Shown: positions 62,936 to 64,000 of the stretch, one piece after another
How positions within the stretch are numbered: position 1 is the first letter of the stretch
Layout: the number at the start of each line of letters is the position of its first letter
Source: the human T2T-CHM13v2.0 reference genome, Homo sapiens
Reading direction: 5' to 3' (one strand)
DNA: 64,000 bases
Assembly: GCF_009914755.1 (NCBI RefSeq)
Contig: NC_060941.1
Notes under the pieces: generated by a model
What the model saw: the letters and a program-made list of their open reading frames with translations, nothing else
The model's database searches: none
What the model was told of the DNA's origin: nothing
Made by a program: the position numbers and the translations under genes

Positions 62936-63157
62936 GTGAGCAGGACTCCAGTGAGAGTCCACCAAGTGAGCAGGGCAGCCTGTACCTGGTGTGTCCCTCC
63001 ATGGCTGAGGGGCCAGCTGTTGGTTCTGGCCTTATTCTGGCTGCTGGGGGTAAATGCAGAGGAAGGAAGAACAGAAACAGGTCCAGGTGGTAATCTCTGG
63101 GAGGAAAGCACAAGGTTTTTCCTTCCCCCTTGTTAAAGCCTCTGTGTTTTGCCCTAG

Positions 63158-63316
63158 TTTCCAGCAGACATTTCCAGCATAACAGAAGCAGTGCCTAGTG
63201 AGAGTGAGCCCCCTGCTCTTCAAAACAACCTCTTGTCTCCTCTTCTGACCGGGACAGAGTCACCATTTGATTTGGAACAGCAGTGGCAAGATCTCATGTC
63301 CATCATGGAAATGCAG
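63158..63316 (+). CDS. NFE2L1: NFE2L1 exon 5, aa 272-324 (Neh5-like DLEQQWQDLMSIMEMQ); gene continues beyond the window
   Basis: TAG acceptor, CAG|GTAGGA donor, 159 nt. Confidence 0.97.
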
Positions 63317-64000
63317 GTAGGATTGTCGGAACCGGGCACAAACCTATTGGATTTTGCACAGATTGTCTTAGCACTCAGTTGCTTTTCCATCTCCAAGGAG
63401 AGAAAGTGTAATACTTTCCCTGAATCATAGAGAAGTGGGGACAATGAGAAGAAACCTGTCCAGGTGTGTCCTTGGGGCAATGGGAGCTGGAGACAGGTAG
63501 GGTTTGGGTTAAATAAAACTCAGGACTCAGCCTTCCAAATCAGGGCCTGCCTCCTGGGTGTGCCTTCTTCCTTTCCTTCAGGCAGATAGGCACTTGGCTG
63601 AATGCTTCCAAGGTTGTGCGTTAATAATAGCTGACATTCACATGGTGCTTCACAGCCATCGTTCGCTCACTTGGCCCTCACAGTCATCTAGTCAGCCTTT
63701 ATCTCAAAGGTGAGGAAATTGAAGCTCAGAGGTTAAATGATGTGCCCATCGTCACACAGCAAGTGGTGCAGCTAGGTTTTCTGACTTAAGTCTGGGTGTT
63801 CTTTTCACTGTGCTGATTTTGCAGTAACAAGGTAGTGTTTTCTTCCTCTCCCTCCAAGATGGGGGAGTCTGGCCAAACATGAGGAAAAGCGGATCAGTCC
63901 TATATTAGGGTGGAGCCTACATGGAAGAACCCATCTCTGCCAGGCCTGGTGGACGAAGCTGGGTCAGGAGCTGACACTGTGGGCTTTGGTTTATAGTATT

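Overview
Human genomic DNA, recognisable as chr17q21.32 (COPZ2 / MIR152 / NFE2L1). Positions ~1-31.9 kb carry no protein-coding gene that I can support. They are Alu/MIR/L2/L1/CR1-rich and contain two orphan CpG islands (~18 kb and ~29.2-31.3 kb) plus several homeodomain-motif-rich unique blocks. The complete 9-exon COPZ2 gene (210 aa, minus strand, CDS 43589 to 32241) follows, with MIR152 in intron 1. A CCAAT/GC-box CpG promoter at ~53.3-54.9 kb drives NFE2L1 (NRF1/TCF11, plus strand). Coding exons 2-5 (aa 1-324) are present, and the last bZIP exon lies beyond the window. The most interesting unexplained structures are: (i) a ~42-bp-period array of six CCAAT boxes interleaved with RFX-like sites directly upstream of the alternative Nrf1b exon; (ii) an intronic cluster with two ATF4/CEBP elements, a kB site and an octamer; (iii) an orphan CCAAT-CCAAT-GC-TATA promoter facing the COPZ2 3' end; (iv) a degenerate ~57-bp repeat array; and (v) a perfect palindromic CNC-sMaf element far upstream of NFE2L1. 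All regulatory calls are motif-based inferences. Repeat boundaries are approximate.
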